The notes beneath the pieces were generated by a model. The model worked only from the letters and a program-made list of their open reading frames with translations. It did not search any database and was not told the DNA's origin. From an uncultured Planctomycetales bacterium (lineage in GTDB: Bacteria > Omnitrophota > Gorgyraeia > Zapsychrales > CAYRXT01), in contig CAYRXT010000006.1 of the NCBI GenBank assembly GCA_964428315.1, positions 8,071 through 72,070 of the forward strand: a stretch of 64,000 nucleotides of DNA, written 5' to 3'. Shown here in pieces: positions 10,083 to 18,637 of this stretch (its first letter is position 1; every line of letters starts with the position of its first letter). Position numbers and translations under genes: made by a program.

Positions 10083-11135
10083 TTGAAAAATACGTTCAGG
10101 ATGAATGTGGATCATCTTAAATCGGTAATCGCAAAATTCAAGTCCAAGCGTCTCTTAGTTGTCGGTGATATCATCCTTGACCAGTACATCTATGGGACGG
10201 TCAACCGCATTTCGCCGGAAGCGCCGGTTCCCGTTATCCTTCAAAAAGGACGTCCCGTTTACGTGCCGGGCGGTTCGGCCAATGTGGCCAATAATCTGAG
10301 CAGTCTGGGGGCCAAAGCGGTACTGGTCGGCTTTATCGGGATGGACGCGGAGGCCAAAAGCTTGAACAGGGAACTTAAGAAAAGGAAGATCGGCGTTTCG
10401 GGCATTTTTGTCGACCGGAAAAGGCCGACATCTCTCAAGACACGGATTATCGCTCAGCATCAGCAGGTTGTCCGTCTGGACAGGGAGCTGAGCCTGCGTT
10501 CGCAGGATCCTGCCATGCTCCAGCGTCTGAGGAAGTTTCTGAAAAGCAATATTAAAAAGTTTGATGCCGTTATCATTTCCGACTACGGCAAAGGCCTGAT
10601 TACGCCGGAAGTCATTTCGACTGTGCGTGAGGCGGCCGCCAAGCGGAAGATTATTGTCACCGTTGATCCCAAGGTGGAACATTTTGCATATTATACGGGA
10701 ATGACGGCCATTACTCCTAATAAGAAGGAAACGGAAAATGCCGTCCGGAATATCCGGGTCACCAGAAATGTGGGGAGGACGTTTCCCGTCAACATGGACC
10801 GGCTGGACAGCGATGCCGATATTGACAGGGCCGGAGCGGCCCTGAGGAAATATTTGAAGCTGGAATCTCTCCTGATCACGCTCGGCGAACAGGGGATGAG
10901 GCTTTTTGAGAAGGGGAAGAAGACCGTTCATATCAATACGCGCGCCCGGGAAGTCTATGACGTCACGGGTGCAGGAGATACCGTCATCGCTGTATTTACG
11001 CTGAGCCTGGCCTCCGGCGCCTCGATGCATGAGGCCGCCGATCTGGCCAACGTGGCCGCGGGCATCGTGGTCGGGAAGATGGGAGCGGTCAGCGTTTCTC
11101 AGCGAGAGTTGAAGATCAACCTCCCGAAAGAATAG
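10083..11135 (+). CDS. hldA: D-glycero-beta-D-manno-heptose 7-phosphate kinase (kinase-only HldE domain I, pfkB family)
   Basis: 350 aa. Ribokinase/pfkB fold with LVVGDIILDQY and DVTGAGDTV motifs. It lacks the C-terminal adenylyltransferase domain of bifunctional HldE. Confidence 0.85.
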   Translation: MKNTFRMNVDHLKSVIAKFKSKRLLVVGDIILDQYIYGTVNRISPEAPVPVILQKGRPVYVPGGSANVANNLSSLGAKAVLVGFIGMDAEAKSLNRELKKRKIGVSGIFVDRKRPTSLKTRIIAQHQQVVRLDRELSLRSQDPAMLQRLRKFLKSNIKKFDAVIISDYGKGLITPEVISTVREAAAKRKIIVTVDPKVEHFAYYTGMTAITPNKKETENAVRNIRVTRNVGRTFPVNMDRLDSDADIDRAGAALRKYLKLESLLITLGEQGMRLFEKGKKTVHINTRAREVYDVTGAGDTVIAVFTLSLASGASMHEAADLANVAAGIVVGKMGAVSVSQRELKINLPKE

Positions 11136-11142
11136 ATCGTCC

Positions 11143-11895
11143 ATGAAGGTTATAGGAGTCATCCCTGCCAGATTTGCCTCCTCCCGTTTTGAAGGCAAGG
11201 TCTTGGCCGATCTGAACGGCAAGCCGCTGCTTCAGCATGTCTGGGAACGGGCCTGCCGGTGTTCCATGCTGGATTCCGTGGTGGTCGCCTGTGACGATGA
11301 ACGGGTACTGCGGCGGGCCGAGGGTTTCGGCGCCCACGCGGTCATGACGTCCGGCGATCATGCCTCGGGGACGGACCGCATCGCCGAGGTCATGAGGGAG
11401 CGGAGGGAAGAATGGGTTGTCAATATCCAGGGAGATGAACCGTTATTGGATCCGCAGACCGTTGACGCGCTTGTAGAGGAGATGAAAGAGGACCGCCTGA
11501 GTGAAGTGGGGACGGTGATCACGAAGATCAAAGACAAGGAGGCCGTCCGTAATCCCAATGTCGTCAAAGTCGTCGTCGACAAGGATCGCTTCGCGCTGTA
11601 TTTTTCCCGCGCCCCCATTCCGTATTACCGGGAACAGGAAAAGGGAGAAGCGCCTGAATACTATAAGCATCTGGGGCTTTACGCGTACACGCGGGATTTT
11701 ATCCTGAGGTTCCGTGATATGCCCCGGTCGCGCTTGGAGGCAGCGGAAAAGTTGGAACAACTGCGCATATTGGAGGCGGGCTACAGGATTAAGACCGTCG
11801 TCACCGACAAGGACAGCATCGGGGTGGACACCGAGGACGATTTGAGACGGGTAGCCGAACGGCTCAAGAGGGGGCAGGGGACATGCAGAAGATAA
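11143..11895 (+). CDS. kdsB: 3-deoxy-manno-octulosonate cytidylyltransferase (CMP-Kdo synthetase)
   Basis: 250 aa. IPARFASSRFEGK N-terminus and NIQGDEPL motif. Confidence 0.9.
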   Translation: MKVIGVIPARFASSRFEGKVLADLNGKPLLQHVWERACRCSMLDSVVVACDDERVLRRAEGFGAHAVMTSGDHASGTDRIAEVMRERREEWVVNIQGDEPLLDPQTVDALVEEMKEDRLSEVGTVITKIKDKEAVRNPNVVKVVVDKDRFALYFSRAPIPYYREQEKGEAPEYYKHLGLYAYTRDFILRFRDMPRSRLEAAEKLEQLRILEAGYRIKTVVTDKDSIGVDTEDDLRRVAERLKRGQGTCRR

Positions 11896-12731
11896 TCCGT
11901 ATTGGGAAGATACGATGCGGCAACGAACTTCCGTTTGTCCTCATCGCCGGTCCTTGCGTCATCGAATCCCGGGATATGGTGATGAAGACCGCCGCCGCCA
12001 TTAAGAAGGTCGCGGAGCGGGTGGGCGTTCCTTTCATCTTTAAGGCGAGCTACGACAAGGCCAACCGCAGTTCCATTGCCTCGTTTCGGGGCATAGGCAA
12101 AGAAGAAGGATTATCCGTGTTAGCGGAGGTGAAAGAAACATTGGATGTCGCGGTCTTGAGCGACGTCCACTCGCCGGAAGAGGCTCCGCGGGCCGCCCGT
12201 GTCCTGGATGTGCTTCAGATTCCGGCCTTTTTGTGCCGACAGACGGATCTGCTTCTCGCCGCGGCCGGAGCCGGCAAGACGGTTAACGTCAAAAAAGGAC
12301 AGTTTCTCGCTCCGTGGGATGTCAAAGAGATCATAAAGAAGATCAGGTCGCAGGGGAATGACAAGATCATGCTGACCGAACGGGGGACGAGTTTCGGTTA
12401 TAATAATCTGGTGACGGACTTCCGGTCGCTTGAGATCATGCGGGAAGAGGGTTTCCCGGTTGTCTTTGACGCTTCCCACAGCGTCCAGCAACCCGGCGGA
12501 TTGGGCACGGCTTCCGGCGGACAGAGCGAATTCATCCCATTGCTTTCACGGTGTGCCGTGGCCGCGGGATGCGGCGCGGTCTTTTTAGAGGTGCATCCAA
12601 GCCCGGCCAGGGCTTTATCGGACGGACCGAATATGCTTCCTTTGACCAAGCTCGAAGCATTGCTCCGGGAGTTGAAGTCGCTGGACAATATTGTTAAAAA
12701 GAAGAAAAGGACAAGGGGCCGGAGGTTATGA
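11883..12731 (+). CDS. kdsA: 2-dehydro-3-deoxyphosphooctonate aldolase (Kdo-8-P synthase)
   Basis: 282 aa. FVLIAGPCVIES start, FKASYDKANRSS, and KdsA-typical length. Confidence 0.9.
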   Translation: MQKIIRIGKIRCGNELPFVLIAGPCVIESRDMVMKTAAAIKKVAERVGVPFIFKASYDKANRSSIASFRGIGKEEGLSVLAEVKETLDVAVLSDVHSPEEAPRAARVLDVLQIPAFLCRQTDLLLAAAGAGKTVNVKKGQFLAPWDVKEIIKKIRSQGNDKIMLTERGTSFGYNNLVTDFRSLEIMREEGFPVVFDASHSVQQPGGLGTASGGQSEFIPLLSRCAVAAGCGAVFLEVHPSPARALSDGPNMLPLTKLEALLRELKSLDNIVKKKKRTRGRRL

Positions 12732-13687
12732 CGCTCAAGAAAGCCAAAGAGGTCCTGGATATCGAGGCCCGGGCTATCCGGGAGGCGGCCCGACGGCTGG
12801 ATAACCAATTTCTCAGGTCCGTCGATCTTATCCACAAATGCCAGGGTCGGGTGATCGTCACGGGGATGGGAAAAACAGGTATCATCGGCCGGAAGATCGC
12901 CGCCACTTTTTCTTCAACGGGGACCCCCAGTATCTGGATGCACAGTGCCGAGGCCGTGCACGGGGACCTGGGGCAGGTGCGGCGCGAAGACGTTGTGGTT
13001 GTCATCTCCAACAGCGGAGAGACCGAAGAAACCAAACGGCTTGTTCCGTTAATCAAAAAGATCGGGTCGAAGATCATCGCCATGACCGGAAACCTGAAAT
13101 CCAATCTGGCCAAATACAGCCATGTTGTCCTGGACATTTCCGTCAAAAAGGAGGGATGCCCCCTGGGGCTGGCGCCCATGTCTTCGACGACGGTGACCCT
13201 GGCCCTCGGAGACGCTTTGGCCGCCTGCCTGATCGAACGCAAGGGGTTCCGCAAAGAGGATTTTGCCTTCTTTCATCCCGCCGGCGCCCTGGGACGCCGT
13301 CTCCTGCTAAAAGTGGAGGATATCATGCGCGCCGGGAGCGCCTTCCCCAAGGTGGCGGAAAAGGCCAGGATCAAGGAGGTCCTCATAGCCATTACGAACA
13401 AACGCTGCGGTTCGGCCTGCGTGGTGGATGCCCGCGGTCGTTTGACGGGTATATTTACCGACGGGGATCTAAGACGGCATTTGGAGACGGACGCGCATCT
13501 TCCCCAAAGGCGCGTCAAGGAGGTTATGACACGGAACCCGACGAGCATCCAGAAGGACCGGCTCGCCGCGGAGGCGTATCGTCTCCTCCAGGACAGAAAA
13601 ATCGACGAGATACCCGTCGTGGATAAGAACAAGAAGGTCGTCGGTCTCCTGGATATCCAGGATCTGTTGCGAAGCGGGGTGATGTGA
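12728..13687 (+). CDS. kdsD: Arabinose-5-phosphate isomerase (SIS domain + tandem CBS)
   Basis: 319 aa. SIS motif VTGMGKTGIIGRKIAATFSSTGTPS followed by a CBS pair. Sits between kdsA and kdsC. Confidence 0.85.
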   Translation: MTLKKAKEVLDIEARAIREAARRLDNQFLRSVDLIHKCQGRVIVTGMGKTGIIGRKIAATFSSTGTPSIWMHSAEAVHGDLGQVRREDVVVVISNSGETEETKRLVPLIKKIGSKIIAMTGNLKSNLAKYSHVVLDISVKKEGCPLGLAPMSSTTVTLALGDALAACLIERKGFRKEDFAFFHPAGALGRRLLLKVEDIMRAGSAFPKVAEKARIKEVLIAITNKRCGSACVVDARGRLTGIFTDGDLRRHLETDAHLPQRRVKEVMTRNPTSIQKDRLAAEAYRLLQDRKIDEIPVVDKNKKVVGLLDIQDLLRSGVM

Positions 13688-13691
13688 ACCT

Positions 13692-14213
13692 ATGGCAAAG
13701 GCGCTGAACAAGATCAAAGACGTGAAACTGCTCCTGATGGATGTCGACGGCGTCTTGACCGACGGAAAAATCATTTATGATTCGCAGGGAAACGAGACCA
13801 AGGTCTTCGATGTGAAGGACGGTTTTGCCATCGTCTTGTTCGAGAAGATGGGGTACAAGACCGGGATCCTCACGGCGCGCGGGTCCCGGGTCGTCAGGAT
13901 TCGGGCCAAAGATCTGGCGATCCACAGGGTGTATCTTAATGCCTCTCCGAAGATCGATGTCTTTCCGAAAATCTTGAAGGACTTTAAGCTGTCCGCCGAG
14001 GCCGTCTGCTATATCGGCGATGACCTGCCGGACTATCAGGTTATGAAGGCCGCGGGGTTTTCCGTTGCCGTGAACAATGCCGTTCCGGAGATCAAGGCGG
14101 TCGCCGATTATGTCACCCAAAATGCCGGCGGCCATGGCGCGGTCCGCGAGGTGATCCACTTGATACTCAAATCGCAGGGACGATGGGATCAGGCTGTCTC
14201 GGGGTTAACATAA
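13692..14213 (+). CDS. kdsC: Kdo-8-phosphate phosphatase (HAD superfamily)
   Basis: 173 aa. HAD motif LLLMDVDGVLTDG and GDDLPD motif. Confidence 0.85.
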   Translation: MAKALNKIKDVKLLLMDVDGVLTDGKIIYDSQGNETKVFDVKDGFAIVLFEKMGYKTGILTARGSRVVRIRAKDLAIHRVYLNASPKIDVFPKILKDFKLSAEAVCYIGDDLPDYQVMKAAGFSVAVNNAVPEIKAVADYVTQNAGGHGAVREVIHLILKSQGRWDQAVSGLT

Positions 14214-14214
14214 G

Positions 14215-15042
14215 ATGAAAAAGGCAAGTTTACTATTTTTTTGCGCGCTCTTGATGACGGCGGCAGCCTATGCCCAGGACCCCGGACAGGGGCCGGAAAC
14301 GCCCCAGCAGTTCGAGGGCTTTGACCTCTCGGGATACGACGAGTCCGGCGCCAAGTCATGGGATGTGCAGGGCGATACGGCCGACGTTTTCGGCGAGGAC
14401 ATCAGCCTTACGAACATTAATGCCCAGTCATACGGTAAGGACCCCATGAACCTTACGGCCGAAAGGGGAAAGGTCAACAAGGCGACCGGGAACATGCACG
14501 TAGAGCAGGATGTCGTCATCACCACGGATTCGGGGATGGAGCTCAAGACCGATTCCCTGGACTGGCAGAGAAACGACGATCTGGTCTCGACGGATGACCC
14601 CGTCCAGCTGAACCGGGAGGGGATGGAGGCCACCGGTAAAGGGGCCCGGGCGCGTCCGGGGCTCAACGAGGCCCGGATCAACGAGGACGTCACCGTTACG
14701 ATGGACACCAGGAACGAAGACGGATCAAAACGAAAGATCGTCATCACCTGCGACGGCCCTCTGGAGATTGATTATCAGAACCAAAAGGCTGTCTTCAACA
14801 CAAATGTCGTGGCCAGGGAAACGGACCGGGAGCTCCATGCTGACAAGATGGAGGTCTTTTTTAATACCGAGACCAGCCAGATCACCGAGATGATATGCAC
14901 AGGTCATGTGGTCATTGTCCAAGGAAAGAACAAGACTGTCTCCGACAAGGCGGTCTATTCCGCCGTTGAACAGAAACTCACGCTTTCGGGCCGGCCGAAA
15001 CTCATCCTGCTGACAGAAGAAGGCGAAGGCTCGCCTTTCTAA
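14215..15042 (+). CDS. OstA-family periplasmic LPS-transport protein; apparent LptC-like + LptA-like tandem domains in one polypeptide with a cleavable signal peptide
   Basis: 275 aa. Signal peptide MKKASLLFFCALLMTAAAYA. The first half resembles LptC (DSLDWQRNDDLVSTDDPVQL). The second half resembles LptA (ADKMEVFF...TGHVVIVQG...SGRPKL). It is the only ORF between kdsC and lptB. Confidence 0.65.
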   Translation: MKKASLLFFCALLMTAAAYAQDPGQGPETPQQFEGFDLSGYDESGAKSWDVQGDTADVFGEDISLTNINAQSYGKDPMNLTAERGKVNKATGNMHVEQDVVITTDSGMELKTDSLDWQRNDDLVSTDDPVQLNREGMEATGKGARARPGLNEARINEDVTVTMDTRNEDGSKRKIVITCDGPLEIDYQNQKAVFNTNVVARETDRELHADKMEVFFNTETSQITEMICTGHVVIVQGKNKTVSDKAVYSAVEQKLTLSGRPKLILLTEEGEGSPF

Positions 15043-15054
15043 ACGGATAGAGGC

Positions 15055-15777
15055 ATGAAACTTCTCGAGACAAGAAATCTGACCAAGAGCTACGGAGGAC
15101 GCAAGGTCGTCAACGAACTCAACATCACCATCCAGCGTTCGGAGATCGTCGGCCTCCTCGGCCCGAACGGGGCAGGCAAGACCACAACCTTTTATATGGC
15201 TGTCGGGATTATCAACCCGGACAGAGGACAGATCTATTTTGATCAGGAGGATATTACCCGCAGGCCGATCCATGTGCGATGCCGTCTGGGCATGGGTTAT
15301 CTCGCCCAGGAACCTTCGATTTTCCGGAAATTGACCGTCGAACAGAATATTATGGCCATTCTGGAAACCCTGGACATCAGCCCCCGCGAACGGAAAAAAA
15401 GGCTCAACGCCCTTCTGGAGGAATTGAAGATCGCTCACCTGGCGAAGTCCAAGGCCTTTACGCTTTCCGGCGGGGAACGCCGGCGGCTGGAGATCACGCG
15501 GGCCCTGGTGACGCGCCCGTCGTTTCTCCTTCTAGATGAACCCTTTTCGGGAATCGATCCTATTGTTGTGGCCGAGGCGCAGGAAATCATCCAGGATTTG
15601 AAAGACAAGGGCTTGGGGATCCTCTTGACGGACCACAATGTCCGCGAGACGCTGTCCATTACCGACCGCGCCTATTTGATTGCCGATGGCAGGGTCTTGG
15701 TCTCTGGTTCCGCGGATGACCTTATTAGCGACCCGGAAGTTCGCAAGATCTATCTCGGCGACAAATTCACCATGTGA
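15055..15777 (+). CDS. lptB: LPS export ABC transporter ATP-binding protein
   Basis: 240 aa. Walker A GPNGAGKTTTF, ABC signature LSGGERRRLEI, and the canonical position after the lptC/A gene. Confidence 0.9.
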   Translation: MKLLETRNLTKSYGGRKVVNELNITIQRSEIVGLLGPNGAGKTTTFYMAVGIINPDRGQIYFDQEDITRRPIHVRCRLGMGYLAQEPSIFRKLTVEQNIMAILETLDISPRERKKRLNALLEELKIAHLAKSKAFTLSGGERRRLEITRALVTRPSFLLLDEPFSGIDPIVVAEAQEIIQDLKDKGLGILLTDHNVRETLSITDRAYLIADGRVLVSGSADDLISDPEVRKIYLGDKFTM

Positions 15778-15794
15778 AGGCCGAAGGCTGTGAA

Positions 15795-15835
15795 CGGTAA
15801 AGGCGGATAAGGGCCTTTACCGCGTTATGTTTTTG
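15795..15835 (+). terminator. Candidate intrinsic terminator after lptB
   Basis: 10-bp stem CGGTAAAGGC / GCCTTTACCG with an 8-nt loop, followed after a 7-nt gap by TTTTT. The gap weakens the call. Confidence 0.35.
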
Positions 15836-15939
15836 TAGTACTATATATTTTTTTGACAGGATAACAGATGTTGAAAAACCATTCGTTTAATCCCGCTTGG
15901 TTGCCGCGCGCGCCCTGAGCAGGAAGGTCAGGTTGAACA

Positions 15940-16833
15940 ATGAACATGGATATCAAAAAGATTGATGCGACCCGCCGGGAGATGAAATTTGAGGTGCCCC
16001 CGGAACAGGTCAAAAAGAAACTGGATGATGTATATAAGGACATTGCCAAGGAGGCCAGGATTAAAGGGTTCCGTCCCGGCAAGGCCCCGCGCCATGTCCT
16101 GGAGCAGAAGTACAATCAGGTGGCCCAGGAGGAGATGGTCAAACAGATTATCCCGGAGGCCTATCAAAAGGCCCTCACACAAGAGGACCTTTCCCCCATT
16201 GATCTGCCCGATATCGACGATGTGGCCTATAAGGACGGGACGGTGCGGTTTACCGCCAGGTTCGACGTCCGGCCCGACGTCAAGATCAAAAACTATAAAG
16301 GCATCAAAGTGAAACGCAAAAAGGCGGGGGTGCCTGACGAGGAGCTTGACAAGACGCTGGACTACATCAAAAAAGGGCAGGGCAAGTCGAAGGAGATCGC
16401 CATCGACGACAATTTTGCAAAGGGATTAGGTTATCCCAGCCTGGAGGAGTTTAAGAATTCTCTCAGGAAACAGCTTGAGATTGACAAGGACCGCCAGGCC
16501 AAAATGGATGTCGAGAATCAGATCGTAGAACATCTGCTTAAGAATGCGAATCTGGCGGTGCCGAAATCCGCTGTTCAGAAACAGATGGAGCGCCGTATCG
16601 AGGAACAAAAAAAACATCTGCGCTCTCACGGTTTGAAAGATGAGGATATCGAAAAGCGGCTCCATGAGGGCCGCAAGGACATGCAGAAAACCGCCGAAAG
16701 GGATCTGCAGCTTTATTTTATTCTGGAAAAGATCGCCCAGGAAGAGAACATTCAACTGGATGACAAGGGAAACTTTTATCATAAGGTGCTGGAATTTCTA
16801 TTAAAAGAAGCGAACTGGGAGGAGGCGAAATAA
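15940..16833 (+). CDS. tig: Trigger factor lacking the PPIase (FKBP) domain (N-terminal ribosome-binding domain + C-terminal chaperone domain only)
   Basis: 297 aa. TF signature GFRPGKAP near the N-terminus, and the canonical tig-clpP position. Aligning from memory to E. coli TF, the ~100-aa FKBP segment is missing. Confidence 0.8.
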   Translation: MNMDIKKIDATRREMKFEVPPEQVKKKLDDVYKDIAKEARIKGFRPGKAPRHVLEQKYNQVAQEEMVKQIIPEAYQKALTQEDLSPIDLPDIDDVAYKDGTVRFTARFDVRPDVKIKNYKGIKVKRKKAGVPDEELDKTLDYIKKGQGKSKEIAIDDNFAKGLGYPSLEEFKNSLRKQLEIDKDRQAKMDVENQIVEHLLKNANLAVPKSAVQKQMERRIEEQKKHLRSHGLKDEDIEKRLHEGRKDMQKTAERDLQLYFILEKIAQEENIQLDDKGNFYHKVLEFLLKEANWEEAK

Positions 16834-17441
16834 TGGACCCACACATGCAGGCGTTGGTGCCCATCGTCATCGAAAAAAGCGGCCACGGAGAGCGGGCGTA
16901 TGATATTTTCTCCCGGCTTTTGAAAGACAGGATCGTCTTTATCGGGACGCCGATCACCGATACGGTCGCCAACCTGATCATCGCGCAGATGCTTTTTTTG
17001 CAGTCGGAGGACTCGTCCAAGGATATCAACCTGTACATCAACTCGCCCGGCGGATCCGTAACGGCGGGGCTGGCTATTTATGACACCATGCAGTTCGTCA
17101 AACCCGACGTGTGTACCTACTGTATCGGTCAGGCCGCCAGTATGGGGGCCGTTTTGTTGACCGCCGGGACCAAGGGAAAAAGATACGCCCTGCCGTTTTC
17201 CCGGGTTATGGTGCACCAGCCCTGGGGCGGGACGACCGGTTCGGCGAGCGATATATCGATCCAGGCGAAGGAAATCCTGCGGATCAAAGACGACCTCAAC
17301 CGTATCCTCTCCAAGCATACAGGACAGGATTTCGAAAAGATACAGGGCGATACGGATCGTGATTTCTTTATGAAGGCCGGAGAGGCGAAAGAGTACGGTC
17401 TTATAGACGAGGTGATCGAGAGCGTCAAGAAGATCAAATGA
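16833..17441 (+). CDS. clpP: ATP-dependent Clp protease proteolytic subunit
   Basis: 202 aa. Catalytic Ser motif GQAASMGA and His in MVHQP. Highly typical ClpP. Confidence 0.95.
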   Translation: MDPHMQALVPIVIEKSGHGERAYDIFSRLLKDRIVFIGTPITDTVANLIIAQMLFLQSEDSSKDINLYINSPGGSVTAGLAIYDTMQFVKPDVCTYCIGQAASMGAVLLTAGTKGKRYALPFSRVMVHQPWGGTTGSASDISIQAKEILRIKDDLNRILSKHTGQDFEKIQGDTDRDFFMKAGEAKEYGLIDEVIESVKKIK

Positions 17442-17484
17442 GGATAGAAGAGAAATAGAAGAGTATAGCAAAGGAAGGACTCCC

Positions 17485-18624
17485 ATGAAGAGAAATCTGA
17501 TACTTACGCCCGGTCCTACACAGGTGCCCCCCCAGGTGTGCGGGGTCCTCGGTGAGCCGATTATCCATCATCGCACACCCCAGTTTCAGGCCGTGCTCAA
17601 GGAGGCCACGGAGAATCTCAAAGAGGTTTTTAAGACGAAGAATGATGTCCTGATTCTCACATCCTCCGGTACCGGGGCTATGGAGGCCGCGGTGGCCAAT
17701 CTTCTTTCGGCCGGGGATAAGGCCCTGACCGTCGAGGGGGGCAAGTTTGGTGAGCGCTGGAGCGAGCTTTGCCGGGCCTACAAAGCGCAACCGACAGTCA
17801 TCAAGGTGGAGTGGGGCAAGTCCGTTGAGCCGGCAAAGATCGAAGAGGAGCTGAAGAAGAATCCGGACATACGCGCCGTATTCGTCACGCTTTGCGAAAC
17901 GTCCACCGGAGTCATCACGGACGTGGAGGCCGTCGGACGGATTGTCGGCAAGACCGATGCCGTCCTTGTCGTGGACGCGATCAGCGCTTTGGGGGCGACG
18001 GAGATGAAAACGGATGAGTGGGGAATTGATGTCGCGGTGGGCGGATCGCAAAAAGGCCTCATGCTGCCGCCCGGCTTGAGCTTTATCGCTGTCAGCCCGA
18101 AGGCCTTGGCCCTTGCGGAACAATCGACGTCTCCGCGGTATTATTTCGACTTGATGAAGGCAAAAAAATCGGCGGAAAAGTCGGATACGCCTTTCACGCC
18201 GGCCTTGGGGATTATCCGCGCGCTTAACGAGAGTTTGCGCTTGATCAAAGAAGAAGGCATTGACAACCTGATTGCCCGCCATGCGAAGTTGACCATGGCC
18301 ACGCGTGCCGCCGCGCAGGCGCTGGGTTTGGAGCTCTTGACCTCGGAGACAGACTCCGGCGGAGTCGTGACATCGATCATGGTCCCGGAGGGCGTGGACG
18401 GGACGAAGATAGTGAAAAGGATGCGGGATGTCTACGGCGTTACGGTAGCCGGCGGTCAGGCCCAGTTAAAGGGAAAGATCATCCGCATCGCCCATATGGG
18501 CATGCTGGATGAATTCGATATACTGACCGGTATTGCCTGTCTCGAAAAGGCCCTGAAGGAGACGGGCTATCCTGTTCAGCTGGGTGCGGGCCTTTCGGCG
18601 GCCCAGAAAGTGTTTAACAGTTAA
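17485..18624 (+). CDS. Class-V (AGXT-family) aminotransferase, probable phosphoserine/serine-pyruvate aminotransferase
   Basis: 379 aa. Class-V fold with PLP-Lys motif in GGSQKGLMLPPGLS. Adjacent to serA, which suggests a role in serine biosynthesis. Confidence 0.8.
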   Translation: MKRNLILTPGPTQVPPQVCGVLGEPIIHHRTPQFQAVLKEATENLKEVFKTKNDVLILTSSGTGAMEAAVANLLSAGDKALTVEGGKFGERWSELCRAYKAQPTVIKVEWGKSVEPAKIEEELKKNPDIRAVFVTLCETSTGVITDVEAVGRIVGKTDAVLVVDAISALGATEMKTDEWGIDVAVGGSQKGLMLPPGLSFIAVSPKALALAEQSTSPRYYFDLMKAKKSAEKSDTPFTPALGIIRALNESLRLIKEEGIDNLIARHAKLTMATRAAAQALGLELLTSETDSGGVVTSIMVPEGVDGTKIVKRMRDVYGVTVAGGQAQLKGKIIRIAHMGMLDEFDILTGIACLEKALKETGYPVQLGAGLSAAQKVFNS

Positions 18625-18637
18625 GAAGGGACCTGCA

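Noticed and set aside
10155-11222. 355-aa minus-strand ORF overlapping hldA/kdsB
   Set aside because: Same antisense artefact. The + strand genes have clear family motifs.
12838-13626. 262-aa + strand ORF in an alternative frame of kdsD (Arg/Gly/Pro-rich)
   Set aside because: Out-of-frame overlap with kdsD. Its low-complexity composition is typical of off-frame translation of GC-rich DNA.
18584-18637. Upstream in-frame Met extending serA by 18 aa
   Set aside because: That start would overlap the preceding aminotransferase gene. The Met at 18638 gives the conserved MKILISDKL N-terminus.
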